Positions 26,361 to 40,212 of a DNA stretch of 64,000 nucleotides are shown one piece after another. Each line of letters begins with the position of its first letter. Position 1 is the first letter of the stretch. The position numbers and the translations under genes were made by a program. The stretch is from contig NC_042998.1 of assembly GCF_006345805.1 (NCBI RefSeq), positions 202,182,001-202,246,000 on the forward strand. The letters are read 5' to 3'. The notes beneath the pieces are model-generated. The model made no database searches, was not told the DNA's origin, and saw nothing but the letters and a program-made list of their open reading frames with translations. The DNA comes from Octopus sinensis (Eukaryota).

Positions 26361-27859
26361 TTCTGAATTGCGAAATATATTTTTACTTGCGTATGTATGT
26401 GTATGTGTGCATGTGCAATGTGTATGAATCATTGATTACAACACTACGTTTGCTTTTACGATAAACAACCCCAGTATAGAAATTATCCTGTTGTTGAGTT
26501 GTTGCTATACATTGCTTGATGCAAGAAATAGCAATATGAAATAATTATGTTTTACCAATTCTAAAATTGATATCGAATTAAATGAAAAACTTAATGGTTT
26601 ATTAATGCTGCGATACCATCTTTGAGGACTTGTTTTAATGGCGATAGCATCTCCTTGATTAGTTACGTCGGCATGAAGAAATTAATACCATTCCTTCCGC
26701 AAAATTTAGTAGAACAAAATTTCAAGCAAATGAACTAGGTGCACTTCCGTAAAATTCCATTTGAGAAAAAAAAAAAATGGTAAAAAGAAAATAGAAAAAA
26801 AATGAAAAAGAAAACGTTTATAGGATTTGGCAGCTTTAAAAATATTGCATATTATTCCCTAGGTAGAATGAATATGGCAATGTCTACACTGTGGCTCTTG
26901 CTTAATAGAAATAGCGAATTCTAATTTAGTCATAAAGACAGGAGGATTCCAGCTTTGATTATGTCTGCTTCATATTTTCTACAGTACTATATTTTGGAAG
27001 AAATCGAAGTATTCTAAGAAACATTCACTAATGATGCATAAAATGATTCGGTATCTTCAGCGGTAGCTATGACTGAGCATTTTCTCATCTAAATTTTATC
27101 TCATCTTTTCGATCTCGCATTAACTATCCTCCACATTACTTTCCCAATATATTATTTGTACACTTCCATGTCTGATAATAATTTTCCTGACTTTTACAGA
27201 CGGCGTTGACAGAAAAGTACGGCCTAAAGAAAGAAAATCCTACATGTTTTGAACTATACGACCCTTCCTAATTGGTTGAACGTCTTCCGGATTAGATTTG
27301 GACACGTGTCAAATTCGTCTCTACAAAAATCAAACATAAAAATCTTTTACTTGACAATCTCTAGGAACCACCATTATATATCCTGAGAACTTAATGAAAT
27401 TATATTACGATAAAAAAAATTCTTAGCAAAACTGACATCCACAACGCGAAGAGCGAGATTAAGAACGATGACATATGTACTCAATCATAAAATGTTCCGA
27501 AAGATTCAAACGCGAATATGCTAATCACTGCTGCCGTATGTCACTGATCAACGTCTCTCAGATGAAATTGAGGGGACATTGTGGCACGCGATATGTCGAT
27601 ATTTTTGTATGTCCTCGAGCAAAGGAAACACCGGTGTAAAAAAAAAATCAACATTAGTCTGTGGCTCTTGTTCAAAGAGTCAGAATCGATGGGTAACTAA
27701 TTTTTGATTTAGTATATACATTGGCTTATCTGGTGCATCTTTTGGGATCGGGAATATAAATGTTATTCTTCAGACGAACAAGAATTTTGCTTCATCTTCT
27801 CAGATGATATCTGATCAAAAATTGTTACGTTTGCAATTGTAACAGAGCTAAAGTACTCT

Positions 27860-28333
27860 GAGTGAAGCCGCTCAGCACAAATTGACGTTTAACTCTGTCG
27901 CGCATGCGCAGTACTTTGTAACGTTGTTGCTCAGTTTCGTGAAAAGTGTGGTCGTCTCAAAAGAGGATTAGGTTTCAGCTGCGCAGTTTTCCCTTGAATT
28001 TACCGAGGAGAACAAAAACGTTCGAAAATCTTCATACCAGATAACGAATCCTGGGTCTATGGCAATGACCCGAAACTGAGGCTCAGTATTCGCATTGGAA
28101 GAACTCCAATAAGATTTCGAGGTGTCAAGCAAATCCGAGAGAATGCAACGAGGCAACTGCTCGCTATACACCAAAATAGAGTTCCAAAAATGCTTACATC
28201 AACAGAAACGTCGAAGGATAAAAAAGTGAGGCTTCAGAAGGGGGCTAATTTGAATGAGATTAAATCCCGAATTGACATGTTTTACTTTCCTTTTGATGGC
28301 GCAAGTCCCCATAAAATTTGATCACACTTCGTA
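27860..28333 (+). mobile_element. Internally deleted mariner remnant
   Basis: DNESWVYGNDP..EAQYSHWK (cf. mariner GDESWVYGYDPETK.QS.QW), ENATRQLLAI..EFQKC; right TIR TTTGATCACACTTCGTA. Confidence 0.75.
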
Positions 28334-29689
28334 AAGTATAATACAGATTTTGCAGGAATCAATGCATTTTATCTCGGTAAAAATATACCCAAAACATTGT
28401 TAGATAACTTTCATCTGCGATGTTATAAAAATGATTTTCTGATACAAGGTCCATCGTCGAAATTTATTTCCTTGTATTGTTTTTTTATAGCCAGTAAAGA
28501 GAGAAGATTACGCATTTATATTTTGAATTAAGCCTACCTTCCAAAGTATCTTCGTTGCAGCTAGCAGCAGTTTATTTTTTTATTAGGGCATTGATATGAC
28601 GACATAGAAGGATGATCTTTAGATACTATCATGCTCAAATACTTATCTCATTTAAGGTTAATACATCCTTAGTTTTCAAAATCTTGTGATGCGATCGGCA
28701 GCTGACAGAAATTATGAACATTTTACTCAGCAATTTTTTCACCCAAAGACATTAAAGACAAAACTCTTATTGATATACGTTTCTTTAATCGTAGTGGGTA
28801 CTCAAAGTAGGAATATACTTGTATGAAAGATAGATTTGTTTTATATTCTAACATAGAATATTCTAATATCATCTTGTGAATCGAAAAGTTCACATAAATA
28901 AATAAAGATATAGACATACGCTAAAATTTCTATGTTGCATTTTGAAATGAAGACTGTCTGTTATATTACGACAAAATCTCGGCAGAAATATCAGATATTT
29001 TACATATATAATGTTACTTCCTATTTTGGAAATGGACAAATCAGTAAAATATTACTCAATTAGGGAATCAATCATCAGAATATCACTGAGGAATTAGTAA
29101 CCGACAGGACGGTATCAAGTATAATCAAATATAAAGTGAACCGTAGACTTCATAAATATTTAGAAACTCAATTATCTAAATCAAATGTAAAGCACAAAAA
29201 AAGCGGAATCACAAAGGTAGTATTTTCTTTTTCAGATAAAGCGGATGAAATAAATTTCATAAACCACATACAGAGAAAAGATTTAATTTTATAAAGAAAT
29301 AATACATCATGTAATATTCATTCAGATGGTTGTGTTCTTGTCTTTGTTCGAAGCCCAAGAGATAAATGTGAGAGAATTGATAAAGAATGAGTGTTAAATG
29401 CAGCTAATGGGAGGTTATGAGTGTACAGATGCGAGAGTGTCTGTTGGACATGCAAGTCACGTTGCCGTGAAGAGAAAAAGAGAGAATGAAAGGGGGAGGG
29501 AGACAAGGGGGGGAGGGGAGAAATAGAAGGGAGAGAAAAAGAAAAGGAGAGAAATAGAAGAGAGAGAAAAAGTAAAGGAGAGACATAAAAGCGAGAGAGA
29601 GTAAGAGAGACCGGACACTGTAGCAGAGAAGAGATTTCATAAAAAAAGGAAGCGTAGAACACATCGACATTAAGAATTCATATACGTAG

Positions 29690-29948
29690 ACGCATGCGTG
29701 ATTGTGTGGTAATTAATTTGCTTCCCAACCACATTTGTTTCCGGCTTCACATCCGGTTTTGGTGTATTTACATCCCCGACAACTAGGGGTTCGGTAAAAC
29801 AATATGGAGATAAGTACCATGTTTGGAAAAAGTACCAGGCCTGAAAAGAAAGTACTGGGCTCGTTCATTTGACTAAAATCTTTTCAAGGATTTGCCCCAC
29901 CATGGCCGCAGTCTAATGACTGAAACATGTAAGAGATGAAAGATAAAA
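29690..29948 (+). mobile_element. Degenerate SINE-A-related copy with internal deletion
   Basis: Head remnant TGTGTGGTAA..GCTTCCCAACCACA; tail CATGGCCGCAGTCTAATGACTGAAAC. Confidence 0.7.
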
Positions 29949-30025
29949 CACATATGTATATAACTGATATACATACGCATACACATACACATATACACAT
30001 ATATATACATATATATGTATAGATA

Positions 30026-30580
30026 TAGAGGGGTTGGACAAAATAATGGAAACACCTTAAAATTTCGAACAAAAGTATTTCAATATGGGGTAGGAAGAAT
30101 TTTGGCATTAATTACAGCTTGAATTCTATGCTGTATGGACTCGTACTAGGGTTGAATTGTTTCCAAAAGAATTTTTGTCCATTCGCTACCTCGGCGAACT
30201 TTTTTGGCGACACTGCCGGTGATTTTTTCTCTTCAAACAAATTTGGTTCTCTCGGCGTTACTGCTGGTGAAATTCGTTCTTCACCTGCTTCAGAGACAGG
30301 TGAGTATGAGAATGGTGCAAGCATAGAAGTTTCCATTTTTTTTTTCACAAAATTGGCTTAAAAAGCCACAAGATATAATAACAATAATTACCCCGCAGGG
30401 AAGGAACTTCAACTAGCAGCTTCCAAAAAAAGCAAATGGCAGTTCTTTTCAACAAAACAATAACAATTCACCACATTACTTCAACCAAATAAAACACAAG
30501 GAAAAAGTAAAACGTACCAACAACAGGAGGATTACACTAAGAAATGTGAAGTCATAAATTTATAAATTGGTCAAAATATT
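30026..30580 (-). mobile_element. Internally deleted Tc1-like transposon remnant
   Basis: TIR TA(G)AGGGGTTGGACAAAATAATGGAAACACC; C-terminus EWTKILLETIQP*YESIQHRIQAVINAKILPTPY*. Confidence 0.75.
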
Positions 30581-30742
30581 TCTTTTATATTTTTATTTTT
30601 ATAATTGGAAGATGCCAGTTAAAATTTTAGATTTTAAAATTTAATGCAATTATAACTGTCCATTTGTTATAGATTAGTTGTACCCGGGTTCTAATTCCAA
30701 GAAATCTATTCAATCTTTATTTAATGTATAATATATAATTTA

Positions 30743-31138
30743 CTAGCAGTATCGCCCGGCGTTGCTCGAGTTTGTAAGGGAAATAACTATATACGCATTT
30801 TTAGAGATGTAAAGTATAATAGCCATCTCAATATGGCTAACCACAAAGAGGAGGGTGTTATTGTAGCTTTTTACGTTCTGAGATTTAATAATAAATGTTT
30901 AGAGAGTTACTTCCCTTATATATGCCAAAAATGCATTAAAAATGGGAAAAAATTCATGGTAATTTTTTTTTTTAATCGTAGACTCATCGTAGACGGGCGC
31001 TAATACCCAGAAGGGTTAGATATGAATCACGACTATAAGATACCCGGTTTTGGTTAAACTGCACCGCAAAATGTGGGAGTAGTTAGGAATCTAAATCGTA
31101 GGAGACAGACAGCACACAACCTCACTTTTATATTTATA
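30743..31138 (-). mobile_element. Non-autonomous Helitron-like element
   Basis: 3' end on minus strand CTCGAGCAACGCCGGGCGATACTG-CTAG|T; termini shared with 44393-44910. Confidence 0.8.
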
Positions 31139-31260
31139 ATTTATATCTTGTGAATTTACTAATATAAAATAATTCTAATCAGTCTATCTAACTATCTATT
31201 TGTAAGTATCACCATATATTTTAACATCACAAAAAGGAAAAATCTCTATATTTTTTATAA

Positions 31261-31565
31261 TTAATCCAAATCTTTATAAGATTTCCTATAATAATTAAAG
31301 ATTTTATAAAACCTATGCCTACATGTTGAAAGTGCTTCTGATTGACAAGTTATTAAGTTCTTATGTTTATGTAATAAAATATACAGTGCTTCTTTCATAC
31401 AGAGACGGCAACTATTAGATTTATGCGTGTATGGTGTGGTTGAATCTATTATAGTCCATTCCAATTTATAGTTAATTTTGTTTTTCTTTAGTTTATGTAT
31501 ATATGTAGCTAATGATGCCGTATTGGTCACTGTATTTGGATTAAAGGAGTGTATATGCGGAACTA
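31261..31565 (-). mobile_element. Penelope-like element GIY-YIG endonuclease C-terminal fragment
   Basis: HIHSFNPNTVTNTASLATYIHKLKKNKINYKLEWTII..PY..CRLCMKEALYIL..LITCQSEALSTCRH follows the T.LS.YIW.LK, C.LC..EK, SEL...CRH pattern of PLE endonucleases. Confidence 0.75.
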
Positions 31566-31629
31566 CCTATACATATATTATATATGTATATACATGTATA
31601 TACATGTATAAATGTTTGTATGTATATGA

Positions 31630-32760
31630 CACTGTTATACGCCGCTGGTCATAATACACTTCCAATTTAGTCTTGATTACGCATTTACTTTCCATTTCAA
31701 CCCAAATTTCTTGATTAAATCCTCTTCCCATCGACATGTGGCCTTCTAAGTGGCCTCTTCCGATCTCTTGGATACCATTGCTTGCATCCACCCGCTGGCT
31801 GTGAACCTTGTGATATGTCAGCCTCAACGGAACTTGTGCTTTCGATACTCTATGATCACATCGTTCATACCGCTTTGTTAACAAATTATCTCATTTCGAA
31901 TAAGCCGAATAAGCTATGTTCTTAGCATGGACCCTTCCGTTGTCCTTTGCGTCGTAGCCAATCAATCTTGTATTCTCTTTGTAGTAACCCACGTCTCATT
32001 GAGCAGCTAGGAGGGTGTTATTGAAAGGTCTGTAAAGTATAGCATTATCTAGCTTCCTATGAAACTTATCCTTTATTGATGTAATTGCCTTTTACACTGT
32101 CTTTTCTCTCTTTGAGGTGTCAGCATTCATACCTCGGCGTAAAGTAGACGAACGCCTTTGCCTCCCCCATTTCATCGCTTCCTTCCTTTATTCTCCATTG
32201 TACTACGTCGTGTTTCCTTTGAAGACCTACGGTTAAGCTGTAAGCGATCAGCTCTATCAGTATGTTCTCCTGCTTGTCTGAGGCCTAAGTAATGCGGATC
32301 GGAGGTGTGTTAGTTGCTCCCATTGGTCCGCACGCCACCGGTCCAGCAGACGTCCTTCGTGAACATTTTTAGACATGAGCTAAAGAGCTTTAAAGTAATG
32401 GTGTTTCCTTGCCTGACATAATTCTTTATTGAGCCCTTTACTGGTTGTGATAGCAGAGCTATATCTACTGCTTGATAACGATTCGAGCGTACGTAGAAAG
32501 AGGATTTTTCGCAATTCTTCACCTCCGAAACTTAACTTCTCTGTTGCAATACTATCTTTCCCAGGAACTTTGTCTGTTTTCATCAGAAAATGCTAGAGAT
32601 ACAAAAGATGATGAAGTTGCACGTAAAGAATCCCTTCGAATATACCATTTTTCATCAAAGCAATCAGACCAGATCTAATACATGGCTTCAAGAGTTATAG
32701 GCTGAATAAATTGATACAGGCCGCAAAAGAAAAGAAAATCTTAAAAAGATACAGGAGAGG
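31630..32760 (-). mobile_element. Decayed RTE-clade LINE fragment with internal deletions
   Basis: MKTDKVPGKDSIATEKLSFGGEELRKIL, VRQGNTITLKLFSSCL, EYRKHKFR*G*HITRF, WYPRDRKRPLRRP, RWEEDLIKKFGLKW. Confidence 0.82.
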
Positions 32761-33379
32761 GCTGACATTCTGTAGGTCAGAGGCTACGGCGCTGAAGAAT
32801 AAGGATAGTCTCACAGTGACAGACAAAAGGGAGACAGAGGAAGTATGCAAACTCCTTCAACACCGACCTTTTTAAATCGTCAGTGAAGCTCGATCTCACA
32901 CCGCTACAAATGCTACAAATGCAACCTAATCTGATCAGTGAATCTAAATATAAACTTAAATTAATGTGTGTATGTATGTATGCATATATGTATGTATGTA
33001 CGTCTGTATGTATCCATCTATGTATGCATGCAAGCATATATGTATGTATGAATTCATGCTGTTACCGGTAAAGGTTTTAGTTGCCAATTCTGTACAAGAC
33101 ATTTTAGATGTTTAGCTGGACAAAAAAGTCACATTCGATCACAGCACCTATAGCAGTTGAGCTTCGTGCAATGGTCATACTCGATAACGAAGGGGCAGCC
33201 ATCATGTGTGTATGTATGTATGTATGTATGTATGTATGTATGTATGTATGTATGTATGTATGCATGCATGCATGTGTGTATGTATCATACACGTGCATGT
33301 GTTCCTGATTCCTGTGGCATTTATCGTAGAGCAGAAAACTCATGATTCGCGTTATGTAATCATTATTAGCCACCATGTA

Positions 33380-33525
33380 AGGCTGCGAGCTGGCAGAATC
33401 GTTATTGATCTGGACGAAATGCTTAGCGGTATTTCTTCCGTCTCTACGTTCTGAGTTTAAATTCCACCGAGGTCGACTTTACCTTTCATCCTTTCAGGGT
33501 CGATAAGATAAGTACCAGTGAAACA
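33380..33525 (+). mobile_element. SINE family B, 3'-truncated or variant copy
   Basis: GCGAGCTGGCAGAATCGTTA..GAGTTTAAATTCCACCGAGGTCGACTTTACCTTTCATCCTTTC. Confidence 0.85.
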
Positions 33526-35660
33526 CTTATCCCCTCCCTCACAATAGCTGCCCTTGTGGAAAATTTAAATCCATTATTAGTCACCTTGTGATTTGATTTC
33601 CATTTTCATCTAAACTTGCTTTTCTTTTGTAATAATGATGTCACACCACCTCATTCAAAACTTGAGAAAATACTCACATTTGTTTTACTTGGTATTGTAA
33701 TTTACCAACGAACCTGGAATCAAATGTAGAACAGCTATATAATGTTGTCACACAAGAGGTACACCTCCTTTCAGCAGGTGATCCGCTCTGGATTTATGAA
33801 GCGAATCAATAGAAAAAAAAAAGGAAAACCAATTCCAATCGTAATAAATATTTATAGATGAAGTTACCTACAATATTCTAATTTCTCGTTTGTTTACAAA
33901 GCATCAGTGCATTATGCCTGAAATCAGACCGTTCAAATCGGACCCTTGTTTACAATGCATCAAGTGAATTATGCCTGAAAAAAACACCGATGATGCCTGC
34001 CGTTACAGTTTATTAATATATTGATTGACGTATTCACTTATAGCGGTTGTTTTGAAGAATATTTTAACATATTTACGCTTTTGGTGTAACTAAGTTATGA
34101 TGTACAATAAGTGGGCTTCGAAAGAAAAATTTCATTTATTCTTCATGTAAGGTGTTGGAACTTCAAGTAAAAGCAAAGTAGCTTGTTCGCCTTGAATTCA
34201 AGTTTTCAGTTAGAACAGAAGTGAAATGCAATAATGCTTAAATGCTGCAAATATAATTTGCATTATCTTGCATTGTACTTGTAGCATACTCTTGATAACA
34301 TCAACCAATTAATCACCTTGTTTTTAATTTGAATTCTTTCGTTTTCATTTGTAATGATGCTTAAAATATATTATTGCCTCACTTCTTATTAACAAATCGA
34401 TTTTATGCTTCTATGAGTAGGATTATTGTGTAAAAATCTTTTATCGATTGAAATGATTAATTTCTTCTTTCATTTAAAATTTCTATCATGACAAAAGAAT
34501 TATTTCAAACATATGCTATTGTCCTAACGACCAATGGAATAAATTCTTAAGAAAAACCAAAAGAATCATTAATCTACAATTACGTTTAAATTTCTATAGA
34601 GAGTTAATATGTATGATGAACACTTAAATTTTATTTGTTGGCAATTTCAAATCAGCCTAAAATATGTTGTGGATGTTATGGTATGCTGATCATAGTAATA
34701 TATATTATGGAAACATTAAAAAGAGGAAAATTGAATACCACAGACTACTGAAAATGTAATTTAAGTGAAATACATTCATTCTTAATAGAAGATTCAACAA
34801 ATACGGAGATAAATTCTATTCTATCGAAGAAACTTTCGTAAGCTTTCGCTGTATAGCTAAAATGATAATTGCCTTGGAGTTAAATATGATAAAATATATT
34901 ATCACAGCAGTATTTTATAATTCAAAATATATTCACCGGCTAAAACCAATGTATAAAATATTCATTCGTAAGTTCCTTCAGTAAATCTGTATATTATACC
35001 CAATACTGTAGATCAATTATTAGCCTTCCCTATAGGAAACCAGAAAATGTTACAGTTTTGATCAGCTGCATAACCTCTACAACACAAAATTGCTATTATG
35101 TAACGGAGTTCATCTTAGCTGGATAGAGCAAACTAATTTTGTCAAATTGCACTTTACTCCCTTAATACATGACATTACATAAAGTCTGAGATAATGAAGG
35201 CATGACCAAGGCTGGAATATGTTTGAATAGAGATCTTAGACGAGGATGAATTGACATACAACATTAGTGAGCTGGAGAAGCTTTGGAGTGTCATTTCAAT
35301 CTAGAAATGACACCCGTAGGAACTCACCTATCAACTGTGGTTTTCCTAATGGAGAAAAAGTTCAGCCAGAACATCAAACATATTGATTTGCCGTGTCTAG
35401 AAGGACCTACAAATATCACAAAGACTATAAATCTCTTTCCGACTAGATACTTTTAAAAGGAAGGAAATTAATACAATAAGTCATTATGCTAATTCTGGTT
35501 TATCCAGTCGCTTGTGCTTCTGTTACCATTGAGGCTATATTCTATTTTATATCTCTTCTGTAATATCACATTTTCATAAAATGCTGCTAACACCAAAATG
35601 GCATTGAATTAACTTGTCCATTATGGACATAAATTACAGACAACACTACATTAATGTTGT

Positions 35661-36040
35661 GGAGGCGCAATGGCCCAGTGGTTAGGGCAGCGGACTCGCA
35701 ATCATAGGATCACGATTTCGATTCCTAGACCGGGTGTTTTGAATGTTTATTGAACGAAAACACCTAAAACTTCCACGAGGCTCAGGCAGGGGGGGGGGGG
35801 CCTGCTGTATTCTTTCACCATAACTTTCTCTCACTCTTTCTTCTTGTTTCTGTTGTACCTGTATTTCAAAGGGCCATCCTTGTCACACTGTCTGTCACGC
35901 TGAATCTCCCCGAGAAGTACGCTAAGGATACACGTGTCTGTGAAGTGCTCAGCCACTTGCACGCTAATTTCACAAGCAGGCTGTTCCGTTGATCGAATTA
36001 GCTGGAACCCTCGTCGTCGTAAGCGACGGAGAGCCTCGAT
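35661..36040 (+). mobile_element. SINE family C (tRNA-Arg-like head) with 11-bp TSD (1 mismatch)
   Basis: GGAGGCGCAATGGCCCAGTGGTTAGGGCAGCGGACTCG head; ATTAATGTTGT at 35650-35660 and ATTAATATTGT at 36041-36051. Confidence 0.9.
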
Positions 36041-36248
36041 ATTAATATTGTATATTGATCAGACGATATACGGTATTGTCTTTGCGATCTCCAGGTAACC
36101 TAAAGTGGTCAATTACGCGATGGAATATATGTCATCGATGGCTATTTTTTCTTTTTCTCGGGCAATATAGTATGGGACTATACTATCCAAAGTATCTCAC
36201 ATTTTAGTAGGAGTTTTAATTGAAAAAAATAGTTGTTCCTTCTTGCAG

Positions 36249-36261
36249 GTCAAACAGTAGT
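36249..36261 (+). other. Candidate 13-nt microexon
   Basis: TTGTTCCTTCTTGCAG|GTCAAACAGTAGT|GTGAGT; consensus acceptor and donor. Confidence 0.3.
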
Positions 36262-36607
36262 GTGAGTGTCCCATCGAAGACTTAAGTAAATGAATTATTA
36301 TAACTTATTATAACTTATTAGCAATGGATTGGTAGACACATTAGTTCTTACGAAAAGATTACTTTGTGATTTTTTTTCCGGCACTTTACAGTCTGAGATT
36401 AAATCCTGCTGAGTTCAACTTGGCATTTCCTTCTTTTCGGATCCAGAAAATAATGTACAATATACGTCTTGCAGAATATCTCGTGGTATTTTGACACAAC
36501 CTTTTGCTATCTAAGTTCAATTCTGCCGCGTTCGACACTTTTTTCATCCTTTGCGGTCACAAGAAAAAAATATCATTAAGGTTCAGGAGTTTACGTACCT
36601 TATTATG

Positions 36608-36826
36608 TTTCTTTATTACCCACAAGGTGCTAAACATACAGGGGACAAACAAACGAATTAAGTCGATTACATCGACACCTGTGCGTAACTGGTACTTAAT
36701 TTATCGATCCCGAAAGGATGAAAGGCAATGTCGACCTCGGTGGAATTTGAACTCAGAACATAACGGCAGACGAAATACGGCTACGCATTTCGCCCGGCGT
36801 GCTAACGGTTCTGCCAGCTCGCCGCC
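36608..36826 (-). mobile_element. SINE family B with 17-bp TSD (1 mismatch)
   Basis: TTACGTACCTTATTATG at 36591-36607 and TTACGTACCTCATTATG at 36827-36843. Confidence 0.92.
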
Positions 36827-38469
36827 TTACGTACCTCATTATGACATAGAATTTCTGAACTTGCGCCTAAATTAGAAACAAGTATTTCTCAACTTATTTC
36901 TCCTAATTTCCTTCCATCTCTCACACACAAGTATATAACATTATCCCTCACTAACTCGTTTCTCATAATGCTCCTCCGCCTACTACTTACTTTGCTGTCG
37001 TTATTTCCTTTAGCTAGTTACCATTCTCTTTCTTCATCTACTCTCTTGTTCTTGTTTTAGAAATTTTGACACACTGATCTGTCGTGTGATCCATCTTGAT
37101 TTTCATGAAATCCATGCAATTTTGCGAGAATAAGGGTTGGAAGAAACACAGAAATAAAGAGTTGTGTAACAGTTCAGAGATGGAAAATAGACAGTACTTC
37201 CATTACTTGTTTGAGTGCTGTACTATTATATGAAAAAATTTCAAGCATCACAAACCGCTTTCACTGTATGACAATAAATATGAGGCACACTGATTTATAA
37301 CAGATTAACACTGGAAAATAATATCACATGGTACTACGAACATTTTAAAGATCTATAGAGGTATCAAGTGGGCCTTAAATTATCTATTATTTGTATAAGT
37401 AATGCTTAGTTGTTTATGAACGCCTAAGAGAGAACTGTCGTTTAAATATTTTATACAAGGAAAAGAGTTGTTGAAGGCGCTGTTAGGCGCTGTTAGGCAC
37501 TGTTTTCTATATACTCTGTAATTTGGTTTGAAATAGTGCTCAATGTTCTCATTGTAAGATCCATTTCTACAGGCCTAACCATCAATACTATAATGCTATC
37601 ACCATACTATAAAATTTGCTGTATAAAAATGAAATAAGTAATGTTTAAAGATATTTTGATCATTTTAAACCTGTGTCCTCTCTTAAAACAGAACAGAAAG
37701 AACAAATCTGGGATTGAATTTGAAAGAGTTGAACATTATATTTCGGAAAACGAAATATCACCTAATTGTTGTCACATAGTCCCTTCGAAAATCTGCGGCC
37801 TACACTCATGCAAAAATATCTAATTACACGCCATTAATTTCACAATACAAATATAGCTGTCATAACATTTTATTTCAATACTCTCAGCAGCGATAATAAA
37901 TTAGCTGAGTGTCTTCACTTTCAAGATTTCTGCTTTCTTTTAACTTAAAAATCAATATTTATGAAAGAGGGTGTACGCAGTCTCTACCTATTACACATAG
38001 TAAACACCTTGACACATTTTACTATATAACGAGCAAATGGTTAAGCTATAGCGCTGACGACGTAATTTATTTACTCAGTATCATAGATATAGACTGGCAT
38101 TCACTGGGGAAGTCTATGGGAAATATATAAGATAAAGTGGCTGGGGGAAAAGATTAAAATATATCTCTTAATATATAGTATACAATAGCGTATGTAATTT
38201 GTGCATGGAATTCGAACAAAAATTAAGCAAGTGAATAGAGACCGAACAGATAAGCTGAATTTTCTTGGATATACAAGTACATATATGTGTGTGGAGTATG
38301 TATGTATAATATATAATTTAATTGTTTTCCATACTTACAGTTGAAAAAATTTCAATGACTGAAACCGGTTCTGAAATGTTTTTTATAAAAATATTTTAGC
38401 ATTTTCTATCTTTACTTTTTCCCATATATATATATAACGTATATATTATATATATACATATAACATATA

Positions 38470-39194
<725 letters not shown>

Positions 39195-39548
39195 GTCGCA
39201 TGCGTGGCTATGTGGTACGAAGCTTACTTTCCCATCACATGGTTCCGGGCTCAGTCCCAATGCTCAGCACCTTGAACGACTGTCTTCAACTATAGCATCA
39301 GGCCGACCAGATCATTGTGTGTGTACTACTGAGAGAAGTACGTCGTATATATGTATTTATTTGAAAGTTTATGTATATGTTTGTCCCCCACCATGGCCTG
39401 ACAAACAAAGTTGTGTTACGTCCCTGTAACCTGGCAGTTCGGCATAAGAGAACAATAGAATGAGTACTAGGCTTACAAACTATAAGTCCTGGGGTCGATT
39501 TTTTCGGCTAAAAGCCTTTAAGTTGCCGCAGACAAATGACATACAAAT
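39195..39548 (+). mobile_element. SINE family A, old degenerate copy
   Basis: GTGGCTATGTGGTA..CACATGGTTCCGGGCTCAGTCCCA..GTCCTGGGGTCGATT. Confidence 0.8.
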
Positions 39549-39598
39549 AAAATAATATACATACATACATACATATATATATATATATAATATATATA

Positions 39599-39644
<46 letters not shown>

Positions 39645-39645
39645 C

Positions 39646-39725
<80 letters not shown>

Positions 39726-39795
39726 TATATAAACACTAGAACCCAGTGGCAACAACACATAAATATCCAAATTCATACATACCCACATGACAGAA

Positions 39796-40212
39796 AATTC
39801 AATATAAAACCACTTGAATGATTTTATCAAGTGGCCAGTGTGAAATAAAAAAAACCTTACAGGTATATAATAATCTATAATTATATTAAGAGGGCGGATA
39901 TACCCCTGCAACACTTTGGCATATTTTACAGAAGAGAGCAAAGTGTTTTACAATCCTGTGCCAGAAATCGATCTACGATTAACCAATTTAGAAAAGAATC
40001 TTATTTTTTTCATCTTACAACCTATGCTAACGGTGTATAAATATAGTTTTGAGAGCTGTTTGGCGTCTATATTTAGCGTGTTGGTGGGGTTTATCGGCAC
40101 CCTTAATATAATTAAATTATATAATCGTAAGTCAGAATAAATTTTTACCTGTAAGGTTTTTGTTCCACGCTGGCCACTTCATAAAATCATTAAAGAGGTT
40201 TTATACTTAATT
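39796..40212. mobile_element. Foldback/MITE structure: long imperfect inverted repeats around a TTAA-bounded 213-bp inner unit
   Basis: 39796-39865 is the reverse complement of about 40146-40212. Inner unit 39890-40102 has TIRs GAGGGCGGATATACCCC / GGGGTTTATCGGCACCC between TTAA at 39886 and 40103. Confidence 0.7.

Noticed and set aside
25913-26464. Poly-Val, poly-Ser/Gly and poly-Leu ORFs (also 58510-59083, 59951-60246, 63583-63876)
   Set aside because: Triplet microsatellites open in several frames, with no splice signals or unique coding flanks.
30294-30299. 6-nt microexon candidate (CCTGCTTCAG|AGACAG|GTGAGT), which would add two residues in frame (EK-DR-SNS) to the candidate peptide
   Set aside because: It lies inside a Tc1 remnant, so a chance splice-like match is more likely. 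Worth checking only if the other junctions are confirmed.
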